Virus record (IMG/VR): IMGVR_UViG_3300010338_000470
Direction: 5' to 3' (one strand)
Source: a virus
Taxonomy: Duplodnaviria > Caudoviricetes
Length of the DNA stretch: 64,000 nt
Shown here: one piece after another, positions 40,451 to 50,018 of the stretch
Position numbering within the stretch: position 1 is the stretch's first letter
Layout: each line of letters opens with the position of its first letter
Translations under genes and position numbers: made by a program
Notes under the pieces: model-generated
Told to the model about the DNA's origin: nothing
Databases searched by the model: none
Seen by the model: the letters and a program-made list of their open reading frames with translations, nothing else

Positions 40451-41785
40451 CTACTCGCCACGCGCCAGTGTTGCGAATCTCATCTGATTTGGGAGCCAAC
40501 CAAGCTTGAGGGTTCCCATGGAGCCCTGCCTATGCTTGCTGATAATCAGCTCAGCAAAACCCTTGTCTTCCGAATCTTCGTTGTAGTAATCGTCACGATA
40601 CAGGAAGGAAACTACGTCAGCATCCTGTTCGATGGCCCCAGACTCTCTCAGGTCTGAGAGCATGGGGCGTTTGTTCTGCCTGCCTTCAAGACCTCTAGAA
40701 AGCTGAGAAAGAGCCAGCACTGGGCAATTCAGGTCTTTGGCTACCGTCTTCAGCTTTCTGGAAATCTCGGAAACCTCAAGCTGCCTCGATTCGCGTTGAC
40801 CCGAGGATCGCATGAGCTGCAAGTAGTCCACCACAATCAATCCTAGCTGTCCATACTTCGCCTGAACCTTCTTCGCCCTAGACATGACATCAAGAACAGT
40901 TGGTTCAGACGAATCATCAAACAGCAATGGGGCCGCTGCTACCTTCTGGGCAGCCTCATTCAAGTCAATCCAATCCTTTGAGGAAAGAACGAGTTTCCGT
41001 CCATCCCTGGAAGAAAAATTGACGTGAGAGATGCTGGTCAAAAGCCTACTGAGGATTTCTTCGTTCTGCATCTCGATACTGAAATACAGAACGGGAAGGT
41101 TCAAGTCTATGGCAACGTGAGAAGCAATGTTCAAAGCTAGGGCAGATTTACCCATGCCTGGCCTGGCACCAAGAACAACCAAGGCCCCCCTTCTGAGGCC
41201 ACTCAATTTATAGTCAATGTCCTTGTAGCCCGTAGGAACACCTACAACTCCACCGGGAGACAACCAGGAATCAGCGACGTTATCGAAAGTGGAGGCTAGA
41301 ACATCCCCGGCTTCCTCCAGCGAGGAGGTCTGCACTCTGGCTGAAGCCTCGAAAACTAGACTCTCGGCATCCTGCACGAGGTCATCAATGAGGGAGGGAC
41401 TCAAGAGGCACCGTTCCTGAATCTCCCGACTCGCCTCCAGTAGCCTCCTAAGGACGGCCTTGTTGCGGACGATCTTGGCATAGGATGAAGCCTGAGAAAG
41501 GACAGGAGCGGCCGTCTGGAGGCCCACAAGCTCCTTTGGCCAGTCTGGCCCACCACCACCATCCGAAGCGTCAGCGAACTTCAAAGCGTCGTGAACTGTA
41601 ATGGGATTGACGTCCCCGCTGGCCTTGTAGATATCCAGCATGCACGAATAGAGCTTCTTGTTGGAAGGGATGTAGAAGTCATCGACTTCCACCAAATCCG
41701 CTACCTCCGGTAGGGTGCTATCAGAAACGAGGATAGCTCCCAGGACAGCCCTCTCCGCATCCTTATCGTGGGGGGCTGAGGCCAT
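40451..41785 (-). CDS. dnaB: replicative DNA helicase DnaB
   Basis: GARPGMGKS, FSIEM, VDYLQLM, LSQLSR, DLRESGAIEQDAD. Confidence 0.96.
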   Translation of the reverse strand: MASAPHDKDAERAVLGAILVSDSTLPEVADLVEVDDFYIPSNKKLYSCMLDIYKASGDVNPITVHDALKFADASDGGGGPDWPKELVGLQTAAPVLSQASSYAKIVRNKAVLRRLLEASREIQERCLLSPSLIDDLVQDAESLVFEASARVQTSSLEEAGDVLASTFDNVADSWLSPGGVVGVPTGYKDIDYKLSGLRRGALVVLGARPGMGKSALALNIASHVAIDLNLPVLYFSIEMQNEEILSRLLTSISHVNFSSRDGRKLVLSSKDWIDLNEAAQKVAAAPLLFDDSSEPTVLDVMSRAKKVQAKYGQLGLIVVDYLQLMRSSGQRESRQLEVSEISRKLKTVAKDLNCPVLALSQLSRGLEGRQNKRPMLSDLRESGAIEQDADVVSFLYRDDYYNEDSEDKGFAELIISKHRQGSMGTLKLGWLPNQMRFATLARGE

Positions 41786-42336
41786 CAGAGCAACCCGAGA
41801 TAGTAGTCGACTTGCTCAAACAGAACCTCTATGGTGCTGTCGTTAAGGAGGACAGCGTCAAATGTAGCAGCATCCAAGGCAACCTCACTTGGATGCTGGT
41901 TAGCTGCCTCTATGCCTGGGCGGACAACCCTCCAAACGGAGCCACCAGCAGCCTTAACTGCCTCAAACTCGTTCGGAAATCTGCAATCAGTAAGCACCCA
42001 GGACGTTCCACTTGGTGCCTCCTGAATTCTCTTCATGGTTGCCTCCACCCAAATGTTCTGACCCAACAGGTTGCGCCCCACTTCGGTCCCCATTCGCTGC
42101 AAAAGCTCACGGAACTCAGGGTAGATCTCCTTGCCTGCCTCATATCCAACAAGTCCAAGGATGTCCCTGTACCTAAGAAACCCCTCGTCGCTTGAAGTGA
42201 TAATCGGGTTTAGTGCCTCCAGAGAAGCCCTCAAGGTCTGAGCAAAGGCTGCCCGATGCCACCCTAGGGACTCAAGATGGTCAGCGATAGTATCCTTACC
42301 GCTGCGGGCGTAGCCTGAAAGAGCGATGATTGCCAT
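41785..42336 (-). CDS. deoxynucleoside monophosphate kinase
   Basis: SGYARSGKDT, RELLQRMGTE, TDCRFPNE, HPSE. Confidence 0.9.
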   Translation of the reverse strand: MAIIALSGYARSGKDTIADHLESLGWHRAAFAQTLRASLEALNPIITSSDEGFLRYRDILGLVGYEAGKEIYPEFRELLQRMGTEVGRNLLGQNIWVEATMKRIQEAPSGTSWVLTDCRFPNEFEAVKAAGGSVWRVVRPGIEAANQHPSEVALDAATFDAVLLNDSTIEVLFEQVDYYLGLL

Positions 42337-42378
42337 GAGGGAAAGAGTACAAGCTCATTCTTCAAGAAGCGGCCTGGT

Positions 42379-42687
42379 TCAGTTCAAGGAATGCCAAACC
42401 CGTTGTAGCTCAAGCTTCCTCAAATGGTCAGCGTACCTTCTCTGAAACTCAGGAAAGTTGGACTCTACTGTATCCTTGATAGCCCTAGCTCTAGCTAGCT
42501 TCATCAGGTCACCCCTGTCCATTGGAGGTGGTTCAACAGGGGGGAGAACGGCCCTCTCTGGCCGTGCGTTCTTCTGTGACCGACAATCTTTGCAGGCGCT
42601 CCTGCGCCCATCGGGACGATTAGAATCCCTGTGAAAGCTGAGCAGGTCCTTCTCTATCCCGCAAGCTGAACACTGCTTCGTTTCCAT
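42379..42687 (-). CDS. Zn-ribbon protein
   Basis: CSACGIEK...FHRDSNRPDGRRSACKDC; TAAAAT-6 nt-ATG. Confidence 0.7.
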   Translation of the reverse strand: METKQCSACGIEKDLLSFHRDSNRPDGRRSACKDCRSQKNARPERAVLPPVEPPPMDRGDLMKLARARAIKDTVESNFPEFQRRYADHLRKLELQRVWHSLN

Positions 42688-42726
42688 TTGAACATTTTAC
42701 AAGAATACGCTCAGAAATGGAATAAT

Positions 42727-43068
42727 TCACACTCTGAAGGCTGCCACTTCAACGCCATAGGTTTCGTCATACGAAATGTCAGCAAACCCGAGCTGATTCA
42801 TGAACCTTTCAGCATTAATGGGTCCGATGAATCGACCTCCACCCGGCTCAATGACAACCTGAAGATCGGGATCGAAACTAGCAGCCCCCGCAGGCTCTGC
42901 CGTCATCGTATCCGTCACGGTAACCGTAACTGAAGCTGAAGCGCCAGCACAAGCCACATGGAGGAAAGTGCGTGCATCGGGAGCAACCTTATCTCCAGAT
43001 GCGGAAGCTGCCAGGTAAATGGGACTCAGTCCGGTTCCAGAAATCTGTTGAGTGACAAGTGTGGCCAT
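42727..43068 (-). CDS. hypothetical, probably small virion protein
   Basis: Ala/Thr/Ser-rich beta-type ORF. Confidence 0.6.
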   Translation of the reverse strand: MATLVTQQISGTGLSPIYLAASASGDKVAPDARTFLHVACAGASASVTVTVTDTMTAEPAGAASFDPDLQVVIEPGGGRFIGPINAERFMNQLGFADISYDETYGVEVAAFRV

Positions 43069-43074
43069 GTAAAT

Positions 43075-43117
43075 AGTTTAGGGGATGGGCCACCCAAGTG
43101 AACCCACCCCCTAAACT
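43075..43117 (-). terminator. hairpin downstream of ssb
   Basis: AGTTTAGGGG...CCCCTAAACT inverted repeat. Confidence 0.55.
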
Positions 43118-43143
43118 CGCACCCCGCCACCACTAACTTCTAC

Positions 43144-43602
43144 TCAGAAGGGTTCCTCGTCGTCGTACTCCTCCTGGCGACGAGAGCCACGCTTGGTTCC
43201 CCTGCTGCCACTGTCGCTCTTGGACCGCTTGGGGGCAGGGGAGCCCTCCTGCTCGATCTTGGTGACCTCGGCAACAGCGAATCGGAGATCAGGACCGATC
43301 GAATCGATCTCGACGGCAAGCTTGGATCGACGCTCGCCCCCCTCTGTCTCCCAGTTCTGCTGCTCGACGCGACCGCAAGCGATGACTCGCGCACCCTGGG
43401 TCAGAGACTCAGCGATGTTCTCAGCGATATCGCCCCAGGCAGTGCAGTCGAAGAAGGATGTCTTCTTCTCCCAGTCGTCGCCCTTCTTGTACGAGAAGTT
43501 GTCAGCAATGGAGAACTTGGCGTAAGCCTTCCCCGCTGACGTGAACCTGACGTCAGGATCCCCCGTAAGGTTTCCAACTAGGGTGATGAGATTCCCGTTC
43601 AT
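43144..43602 (-). CDS. ssb: single-stranded DNA-binding protein
   Basis: ITLVGNLTGDPDVRFT...IGPDLRFA...acidic EEPF tail; GGAGG RBS. Confidence 0.95.
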   Translation of the reverse strand: MNGNLITLVGNLTGDPDVRFTSAGKAYAKFSIADNFSYKKGDDWEKKTSFFDCTAWGDIAENIAESLTQGARVIACGRVEQQNWETEGGERRSKLAVEIDSIGPDLRFAVAEVTKIEQEGSPAPKRSKSDSGSRGTKRGSRRQEEYDDEEPF

Positions 43603-43659
43603 ATCTACCTCCGCAATAGTCATGTGTAAGTTGGGAAGACCACAGTGTAGCACCCCGAT

Positions 43660-43959
43660 CTACGAGATTGAATCAGGGGATGGGATGCCCCACCTCCCCA
43701 CCTTCTCTGCCAGCATGATCTGGAAACAGTTGGCGCAGGTAACATCGTACTTCTGAATTTCCCTGTTGACCTGCACCCAGGGTTCTTGAGCCGCTATCAT
43801 TTCGTAGACTTTGGAACCCCCAGCAAAGACTAGAAGCCTGACGTCCGTCTCTCCACACAGACTACACGGGGAAGCCTCAAAGATGCTTGTCAGCTTCCGG
43901 TGGATCATGGACAGGTAGGCCCTATCCTTAAGTTGGGCGCACGTCAAACAGGCTTGCAC
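43660..43959 (-). CDS. HNH-like protein lacking the catalytic His residues
   Basis: CSLCGETDVRLLVF...EIQKYDVTCANCF. Confidence 0.55.
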   Translation of the reverse strand: MQACLTCAQLKDRAYLSMIHRKLTSIFEASPCSLCGETDVRLLVFAGGSKVYEMIAAQEPWVQVNREIQKYDVTCANCFQIMLAEKVGRWGIPSPDSIS

Positions 43960-44278
43960 GAAGAAATTCCCTAACGCTTGCGGGTGGTTCTGAGTCTAGC
44001 TTAAGGAGAACAGATTCTGAAACGGCAGAGGGACTGCCTTCTCCTTCGTCCCGGCAAATGGGCCTCCCGTTCTCATCTACCACAAACAGATTCAACTCAA
44101 GCTCACGATTACTCTTGAGAATTAGGCTGAAACACCTAGAGCTTGCATCACTAACCACATCAAGCCATTCAACGAACTCTGCCCTCCCAGCGATGGGAGC
44201 CAGGGGGGCTGTCAATTCATACCCCCAAATCGACGGCATCCACTTCCTCCCACTTCCCACTGTCGTTCCTCGTCTCAA
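43928..44278 (-). CDS. hypothetical protein (start uncertain)
   Basis: ORF track. Confidence 0.45.
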   Translation of the reverse strand: MRRGTTVGSGRKWMPSIWGYELTAPLAPIAGRAEFVEWLDVVSDASSRCFSLILKSNRELELNLFVVDENGRPICRDEGEGSPSAVSESVLLKLDSEPPASVREFLRASLFDVRPT

Positions 44279-44585
44279 TCTTGAGGTTCTCGGGCCTCAA
44301 GGACTTTTCCACCATCTCTTCAGGTGTGGGAATCCCCGTCAGCTTCTGTGCAGTTATCTTCAACCACAACTTAAAGGTAGGGTCCGACGTGATGCGCTGG
44401 AAGGCTTTTCGCTGATTGAGGAACTGTGATCTTTCCTCCGTGGCCTCAGCCTTAGCTCCAGACGGTCGATGGAAAACCCTGATGCCTGTAGCGACCTTGT
44501 TTCGATGCTGTCCGCCAGGCCCTCCGGACCTGATGGCTTTCCACTCGAAATCGTCCTTCGTTAATGACAGGATCTTTTCCTTCAT
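44217..44585 (-). CDS. stand-alone GGQ peptidyl-tRNA hydrolase (RF-1 domain; ArfB/PrfH-like)
   Basis: RSGGPGGQHRNKVATGIRVFHRPSG...ERSQFLN. Confidence 0.88.
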   Translation of the reverse strand: MKEKILSLTKDDFEWKAIRSGGPGGQHRNKVATGIRVFHRPSGAKAEATEERSQFLNQRKAFQRITSDPTFKLWLKITAQKLTGIPTPEEMVEKSLRPENLKIETRNDSGKWEEVDAVDLGV

Positions 44586-44600
44586 TGGTAGGCTCTCCTT

Positions 44601-44792
44601 ATGTCAAAGAAAATGCGAGTAGCTCAACTGTTGGTGTTGCCAATCGTGTACCTTGACGACGGAGAAAACCTCATCCCTGTCGACGTAGATCAGATGGCTG
44701 TCCCTGGCGACATGGTAGCCGAGTTTGTCAACGGGGGACTAGCGAAGGCTCTAGAGTCGCTCAGGGAGCAGTTCGAGAACCTAGAAGACTAG
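44601..44792 (+). CDS. small hypothetical protein
   Basis: TAGGCT-6 nt-ATG. Confidence 0.6.
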   Translation: MSKKMRVAQLLVLPIVYLDDGENLIPVDVDQMAVPGDMVAEFVNGGLAKALESLREQFENLED

Positions 44793-45069
44793 TGTCCACA
44801 GTAGAACCCTTGAAGGGGTTGCCCACCGGATAGAAACCATTGTTTAGGGCCGAAAGAATGGACTCGAAGCATTCCGGGTATCCAGCAAAGTAAACCAGGG
44901 CTCCATTCAGGTTCCTCAACCTGTCAATATCCACTGTCCTGGCCACCACCACAGCCTTCTTTATCCTTTGCGGAGTCCACTGCCAATCATCCTTCATGAT
45001 GATCCGAGCTACATGATAATCATCGGAGATGACTACCTCAAGAGTGTCTTTTTCTACCACGACGGCCAT
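44761..45069 (-). CDS. hypothetical protein
   Basis: TAATG coupling. Confidence 0.55.
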   Translation of the reverse strand: MAVVVEKDTLEVVISDDYHVARIIMKDDWQWTPQRIKKAVVVARTVDIDRLRNLNGALVYFAGYPECFESILSALNNGFYPVGNPFKGSTVDTSLLGSRTAP

Positions 45070-45584
45070 TATACAGTGGGGGGAACGTAGTCGAGATTGT
45101 AGGCAGGCGAACTCCTCCGAGAAGCCACAGAATCAATCTTGATGCGTGCCTCCGTGGCCTTCCTGTCTCGGGGGGAAGGGGCAGCCGGAAGTCCAACGCA
45201 ACGACGTAGGAAATTCTCTGCCAGATCCTTCGTTACCCGACGCTTCCTCTTATCGTAGAGCAGCGAGGACAGGTGGTCCAAGGAAAGCCCCCCTCTGTCT
45301 GCCAAGGTAGCGAGACTCCAACCCTTCTTGGATTTAAGCTCAAACAAAGCCCTCCTGAAGGTCTGAATGTCGATCGTGTCAAGGTCATCCCATCTACTTA
45401 CCCTGTGCCCGCGAATGAACTTGGCCGGTCTGTAGTCGCTCTTGAGGTTCACAAACTCCAGACACCCGCAGGCACAAAGAGGTAGCTCTCCGGACTCAAG
45501 CATCTGGACCCTGCGCGCTTCAACAAACTTGCTAGCTGGCATACTCCCTCTCCTGAATCCTCTGCCTTCTTCTCTCTGCAACAT
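45069..45584 (-). CDS. CxCGC-motif plus XRE-HTH protein
   Basis: LCACGC...FIRGH; GWSLATLADRGGLS. Confidence 0.65.
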   Translation of the reverse strand: MLQREEGRGFRRGSMPASKFVEARRVQMLESGELPLCACGCLEFVNLKSDYRPAKFIRGHRVSRWDDLDTIDIQTFRRALFELKSKKGWSLATLADRGGLSLDHLSSLLYDKRKRRVTKDLAENFLRRCVGLPAAPSPRDRKATEARIKIDSVASRRSSPAYNLDYVPPTV

Positions 45585-46944
45585 CCGAGACCCCGTAGAG
45601 AACGTCGATCTCGCTGTAAGCCTTGTTTCGGTGTAGCTCCTTACGAGCGGCCCATTCCTTTAGAGGGGTTATCATCTTGTCGTAGGAGGACTTCCTGATT
45701 GTCGACCCACGACGGGTCAAATGTCCCCTGAGCGTGGCATCATTGATACCCATGATGTCAGCCACCTCCTTGGTCGTCCCGATTGAGAAGTTGCGTTTGA
45801 ACGTTTCGACAAACCGAATGAAATCTTCTCGGGGAATGTTGTCCAAGGTGCTCGGCTTGTTGAATTCCGAGGAGAACAGCTCTCTCTTTCGTTCAGTGGA
45901 AAGGGACTGGATGAGCCCAATTTGCTTAGTGAAGAAGTTGTATCGCTCAATGGAAACCATCTTCTTCCGCTCATCGAAGAAATCTTGCAGGATCCTTCTA
46001 TCCATGTTCATGAACTTGGCAAGCTTCGGCCAAGAGGTGTCCAGTTCTTCCTTCAGGTCGAAGATTCTTTGGCGTAGTGGAGCTAGCTCCACATACTCAT
46101 CCCCCTTGTGTCTTGTCCAATGTCCATCCCCCGCATTGGCTCCTGTGCTCTTTGGGGGGAAGGTTGCCCCACTCAGGCCCTCTAGGAACAAGAAGGGTCG
46201 AAGTAAGTCAAGAATCATCTCCTCGCTTGACTGGGAATGATCCTTGTATTGGAACACCAGAGAGGAGAAGCGGTTGTCGCTAATTCCCATGATCTCCGCC
46301 ATCTGCCCCCACGTCAACCCTAGGTGAGAACGCAAGTTATGGACAACCTCAACGAAATCCTTTCTGAAGATCATGCCTGGATCAGGAACGGGCTTGCGGT
46401 GCCCCTTAAGGGTACTGGAGACCCTCAGCCCGGTGTGGACTCTAACCTCTTGGCCGCAGCCACACTCACACAAGGGCACGGGTCCTATCGTCTTGATGTA
46501 CCTCGCCCTTTGGGCCGAGTATTGAGCTTCCCTCTCTGCTTGACTTCTGCCTCCGGGCTCCTTCTTCTTCTCGGGCTCCTTTGGGGCGGGAGAGCTGTTC
46601 TTTCCTTCAGTCAAGCAATCCAAGCAAATTCGACTTATCCTGCGTCCAGTTTTCTGGTAGTGTTTGGCGTCGTCAGGCTTCTCGATTCCACACAGGGTGC
46701 ACTTCTTGGGGTCTGCCGGGAGAGCAGCTACCCTTCCGGACCTCAGGGGCTTTGAAGGCTCAGACACTGAAGCCTTCTTGTGCTTATACGTGTGGGACCG
46801 CCTGCGCTCATTGGCGCAAAGCCTACACTCCCCCTTCAGCCCATCATGACTGTCCTTCTGGAAGTGGAAGAATTCTCCAGTGCGAGGGAGAAACTCTCCG
46901 CACCGAGAACAAGACTTGTAGTTGTTGATATCCATCAACATCAA
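45532..46944 (-). CDS. multi-Zn-finger, multi-HTH DNA-binding protein
   Basis: Two CxxC..CxxC ribbons, CECGCG..KGH, three HTH-like repeats. Confidence 0.7.
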   Translation of the reverse strand: MMLMDINNYKSCSRCGEFLPRTGEFFHFQKDSHDGLKGECRLCANERRRSHTYKHKKASVSEPSKPLRSGRVAALPADPKKCTLCGIEKPDDAKHYQKTGRRISRICLDCLTEGKNSSPAPKEPEKKKEPGGRSQAEREAQYSAQRARYIKTIGPVPLCECGCGQEVRVHTGLRVSSTLKGHRKPVPDPGMIFRKDFVEVVHNLRSHLGLTWGQMAEIMGISDNRFSSLVFQYKDHSQSSEEMILDLLRPFLFLEGLSGATFPPKSTGANAGDGHWTRHKGDEYVELAPLRQRIFDLKEELDTSWPKLAKFMNMDRRILQDFFDERKKMVSIERYNFFTKQIGLIQSLSTERKRELFSSEFNKPSTLDNIPREDFIRFVETFKRNFSIGTTKEVADIMGINDATLRGHLTRRGSTIRKSSYDKMITPLKEWAARKELHRNKAYSEIDVLYGVSDVAERRRQRIQEREYAS

Positions 46945-46974
46945 GGGTAGACCTTCAATCTACAAGACTTGGAG

Positions 46975-47045
46975 TGGTTCCGGAAGGAATCGAACCTTCG
47001 TGCCTGGCTTATGAAACCAGTGTTCTCCCATTGAACTACGGAACC
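46975..47045 (-). tRNA. tRNA-CAT (elongator Met or Ile2)
   Basis: Cloverleaf; CTGGT-TTCATAA-GCCAG. Confidence 0.85.
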
Positions 47046-47049
47046 CCGT

Positions 47050-47625
47050 TCAGAATAGATCGTACACCAATTCTACGATTTGGCCAAACTGAACCCACCC
47101 GTCAACACGCGTGGCCGCAGTGACATGCTCGTTGTATGAGTGGGACATCAAGACGCACTCTATTCCTTGATCCTGGGCAGCTTTCCAGTTCTTCTCGTAG
47201 TCATCGAGAAGAAGGTCGACCCCCACGAGAGTCTTGTCTTCGGAAAAGGTTATGGAATCGAACTCTAGGCCAGACTTCTGGAGCCAGTCCATCGTGTTAT
47301 GCACACCCCTGCCCTCAAAGGTACGGTGGGTGATGATGTGGATGGTGTGACCCTTCAGGCGAAGGCCTCGGATGACTTCAATAGCCTCAGGGTAAGGTTG
47401 GCCATTGCGGTAAAGCTGACGTTTGCTGATTCCGAAGTTGAGCCACCTCCCAAACTCCTCAGGCTTCATCTTCAACTCTCTGAAGAACCCATAGACTGGG
47501 GGGTCCCACCCGTTTCCAGGATCATCTACATCCTTCGCCTCAAAGTAGGACTCTGATCGAAGGACCCCAAGAAAATCGTCCACGAAGTTGTAGATGCATC
47601 CGTCCAGATCGAGCCCTAGTCTCAT
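47050..47625 (-). CDS. HAD 5'(3')-deoxyribonucleotidase
   Basis: LDLDGC, IITHR, DLLLDD. Confidence 0.85.
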   Translation of the reverse strand: MRLGLDLDGCIYNFVDDFLGVLRSESYFEAKDVDDPGNGWDPPVYGFFRELKMKPEEFGRWLNFGISKRQLYRNGQPYPEAIEVIRGLRLKGHTIHIITHRTFEGRGVHNTMDWLQKSGLEFDSITFSEDKTLVGVDLLLDDYEKNWKAAQDQGIECVLMSHSYNEHVTAATRVDGWVQFGQIVELVYDLF

Positions 47626-47660
47626 GAGACTAGCTTACCTTCAGAATCTACAGGAAGTAG

Positions 47661-48086
47661 TTAGAGATTCCACGGACTAGTGCCAGCCTCCCGGTAGAGG
47701 TCAAGGGCAACTAAAGTGTTCACGTCGGGATTAGCCCACTGGGTGGGGCTGAATCCCAGCTTATGGAACCTCCCTGAATGTGTCCCCAGTAGAAGCTGCC
47801 AGCAGCCGCGTGCCGAGCTTCCCTTGTTGGCGGCACTGGGGCTGTTGCGCGACTCGCGCCAGACGATCCCCCTAGCCCAAGAACGAGAGGCAGCAGGCCA
47901 GTGCCTGTCAATGGCCTCATAGCAATCCCGGCTTGAGCCTGGACGCGACTGGATGTGCGTCACCACCGCATCTTGCTGGTGGGGCGCTAGCGTTTGGAAA
48001 AGCTGGACCTCGTGAGGCGTGCAGGCCGACCCAAGTGCGACAGTTAGGAAGATGAACAACGTCAAAATGGCTGTTTTGATACTCAT
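47661..48086 (-). CDS. lipoprotein with lytic transglycosylase (SLT/Rpf-like) domain
   Basis: Signal peptide and LGSAC lipobox; RES...SSARGCWQL...PW. Confidence 0.8.
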   Translation of the reverse strand: MSIKTAILTLFIFLTVALGSACTPHEVQLFQTLAPHQQDAVVTHIQSRPGSSRDCYEAIDRHWPAASRSWARGIVWRESRNSPSAANKGSSARGCWQLLLGTHSGRFHKLGFSPTQWANPDVNTLVALDLYREAGTSPWNL

Positions 48087-48133
48087 GAAGAGTATTGTAA
48101 CAGCTCTGTCTTCGTTTTGAAACGAAACTGTAA

Positions 48134-49219
48134 CTATCTAGCGGATCTCTTGAGGGCGTCAGCCAAAAGGGCGAGCCAAGTGTTGTACCCGGCCACCCCA
48201 TCCGCCCCCAGATTCCTGGACCTCTGGTAGTTCTTGAGGGTTGCTTCAGTCCCCCTACCGAAAACCCCATCAACCCCTGTCCTGAACCCGTTATCGGTCA
48301 AATGTTGCTGCAAATCAGCAACAGCAGGACCACGGTCGCCACGTCGCAGAGTCTGCTTGCCTCTAGCGGAGGCCGCTAGACTCTCTAGAAGAGCTTTGAA
48401 GCCAGCTTGGGGGTCTGCTGGGGGGGCTGGGGTCTGCTTGTCGTAGAGGAGGCTCCAGACAGCACTATCGGCCACCCCGGTGACAGGTAGTCCAACGAAC
48501 TTTTGAAGATCTCTCACGGCTTGAGCTGTAGCGGGACCGAAATCACCGTCCACAACGAGCCCCCTGCCAGAAAGATTGTTGATTCCGGCTTGCAGCCACT
48601 TCACTGCATCGCCCTTGTCGCCCTCCCTTAGGGTGTGGGTACGTGCTTCCTTGATGGCATTGGCAATAGCTACAAGGTCCACAGGGGGGGCCACTGGTCC
48701 ACCGCCCCCAAGGTACTTCTTCATGCGCTCCCGCTCAACGTTGCCATCGACAGCGAAACGATCAGGCTTCCTTCTAGGTGCCCACTCCTTATGTTCGCAG
48801 TTCATCTCAATGTTAGGCATCAACGCGGCGCAAACTCTAGCGGTTGTTTCAAGTTGATCCTCTCGCCAGGGTTCACTTCCGGTCCCGGTGTTTTCCACCT
48901 CAATGCCGTAGACACTGGAGTTCCCGCTGAGACCCCTCCAGGAGCCCGCTCCTGCGTGGTTCGCCCGCCCCGCTGCTACAACATAGATGGTGTTGTCTCT
49001 GGCCTGGAAAACGTTACAGAGCGGCCCTGGAAGCCCGGAGCGGCCATAGATGCAGATGTTCAAAGAAGGGGCATTTCCTGCGGCAGGTCCAGCAGTATGG
49101 TGCCTGACAAACCCTCTAGGGTTGAAGGAAGCTGAACCTCTGGTCTGCCACCCAGCCACTTCTACGACGTTGAGGCCAGCTGCTCTCAGCTTGCTGGCTA
49201 TGCTCTGGTCCCACCCCAT
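48134..49219 (-). CDS. endolysin: N-acetylmuramoyl-L-alanine amidase plus two PG-binding domains
   Basis: HHTAG, GRANHAG, GIEVEN, HKEW; LREGDKG..VDGDFG; LRRGDRG..VDGVFG. Confidence 0.92.
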   Translation of the reverse strand: MGWDQSIASKLRAAGLNVVEVAGWQTRGSASFNPRGFVRHHTAGPAAGNAPSLNICIYGRSGLPGPLCNVFQARDNTIYVVAAGRANHAGAGSWRGLSGNSSVYGIEVENTGTGSEPWREDQLETTARVCAALMPNIEMNCEHKEWAPRRKPDRFAVDGNVERERMKKYLGGGGPVAPPVDLVAIANAIKEARTHTLREGDKGDAVKWLQAGINNLSGRGLVVDGDFGPATAQAVRDLQKFVGLPVTGVADSAVWSLLYDKQTPAPPADPQAGFKALLESLAASARGKQTLRRGDRGPAVADLQQHLTDNGFRTGVDGVFGRGTEATLKNYQRSRNLGADGVAGYNTWLALLADALKRSAR

Positions 49220-49395
49220 CAGAGTGCCCCTACAGCGCTCAGGGCTTCATATTCAGCTACCCTGGCCTGAACGGCTTCAGGGTCTAGGAAGTTGACATCA
49301 GCAAACAGGACCAAGGCTGTCAAGTCATCGTCGGAGGAAATCTGAGAAGGATCACAGAAATCCAGGTCGCATCCGCAAAGTTCATCATCATCCAT
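49219..49395 (-). CDS. small acidic protein coupled to endolysin
   Basis: 58-aa ORF MDDDELCGC...; TATCCT-6 nt-ATG; TGATG overlap. Confidence 0.6.
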   Translation of the reverse strand: MDDDELCGCDLDFCDPSQISSDDDLTALVLFADVNFLDPEAVQARVAEYEALSAVGAL

Positions 49396-49415
49396 GAGTC
49401 AAGGATACCACTAGG

Positions 49416-49949
49416 TCACGGGGAAACATTCACAACCAAGGGCTCAATCTCCCAATACTTGATGGCTCCCCTGTTCCCACTACCATCAATGGGAGTGTCC
49501 GAACCCTTGATCTGCCAAACCACAGTCCGCCCCGTTTCCTTCTCCAGCTCCTTGGTTCTCTCAACCACCTCGTCTGGCACGTCAAGGGAATAAGACAAGT
49601 CGTGGCATCCGGGTTCCCTCGTCAAGGGAGAATCCAGGGCCGTCACAATATTCGTGCCGCGAGGAGTGACGGTCCCCCAGTGGGCGTTAATCAAAACCTG
49701 GACAGGCTCATCTGAATTCAGACAACGCGTCCAGGACATTCTGACATCCTCGTCCGCATTCACTTCAGGGAAACCAGAGACCCCCACGGCATTGTGGATC
49801 TCTCCGTTCGTGTATTTCCCCAAAGGATTGAAAGTCTCGCTGCGGATCTCCCAAAACAACAGAAGGCTTTGGCTTACGAAGACGAAAAGGGCACCCAGGA
49901 TAAGGACCCAAGAAATGAGCGAACCCTTGCATCTGTTCCGAACTCGCAT
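49416..49949 (-). CDS. membrane-anchored hypothetical protein
   Basis: N-terminal TM helix. Confidence 0.65.
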   Translation of the reverse strand: MRVRNRCKGSLISWVLILGALFVFVSQSLLLFWEIRSETFNPLGKYTNGEIHNAVGVSGFPEVNADEDVRMSWTRCLNSDEPVQVLINAHWGTVTPRGTNIVTALDSPLTREPGCHDLSYSLDVPDEVVERTKELEKETGRTVVWQIKGSDTPIDGSGNRGAIKYWEIEPLVVNVSP

Positions 49950-49961
49950 ACTAAAAGTATG

Positions 49962-49997
49962 CGACTCAGCCCACCCGAAACTGGGTGGGCTGAGTCG
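49962..49997. terminator. perfect 15-bp stem hairpin
   Basis: CGACTCAGCCCACCC-GAAACT-GGGTGGGCTGAGTCG. Confidence 0.6.
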
Positions 49998-50018
49998 AAC
50001 GACTGGACGCTATGGGAG

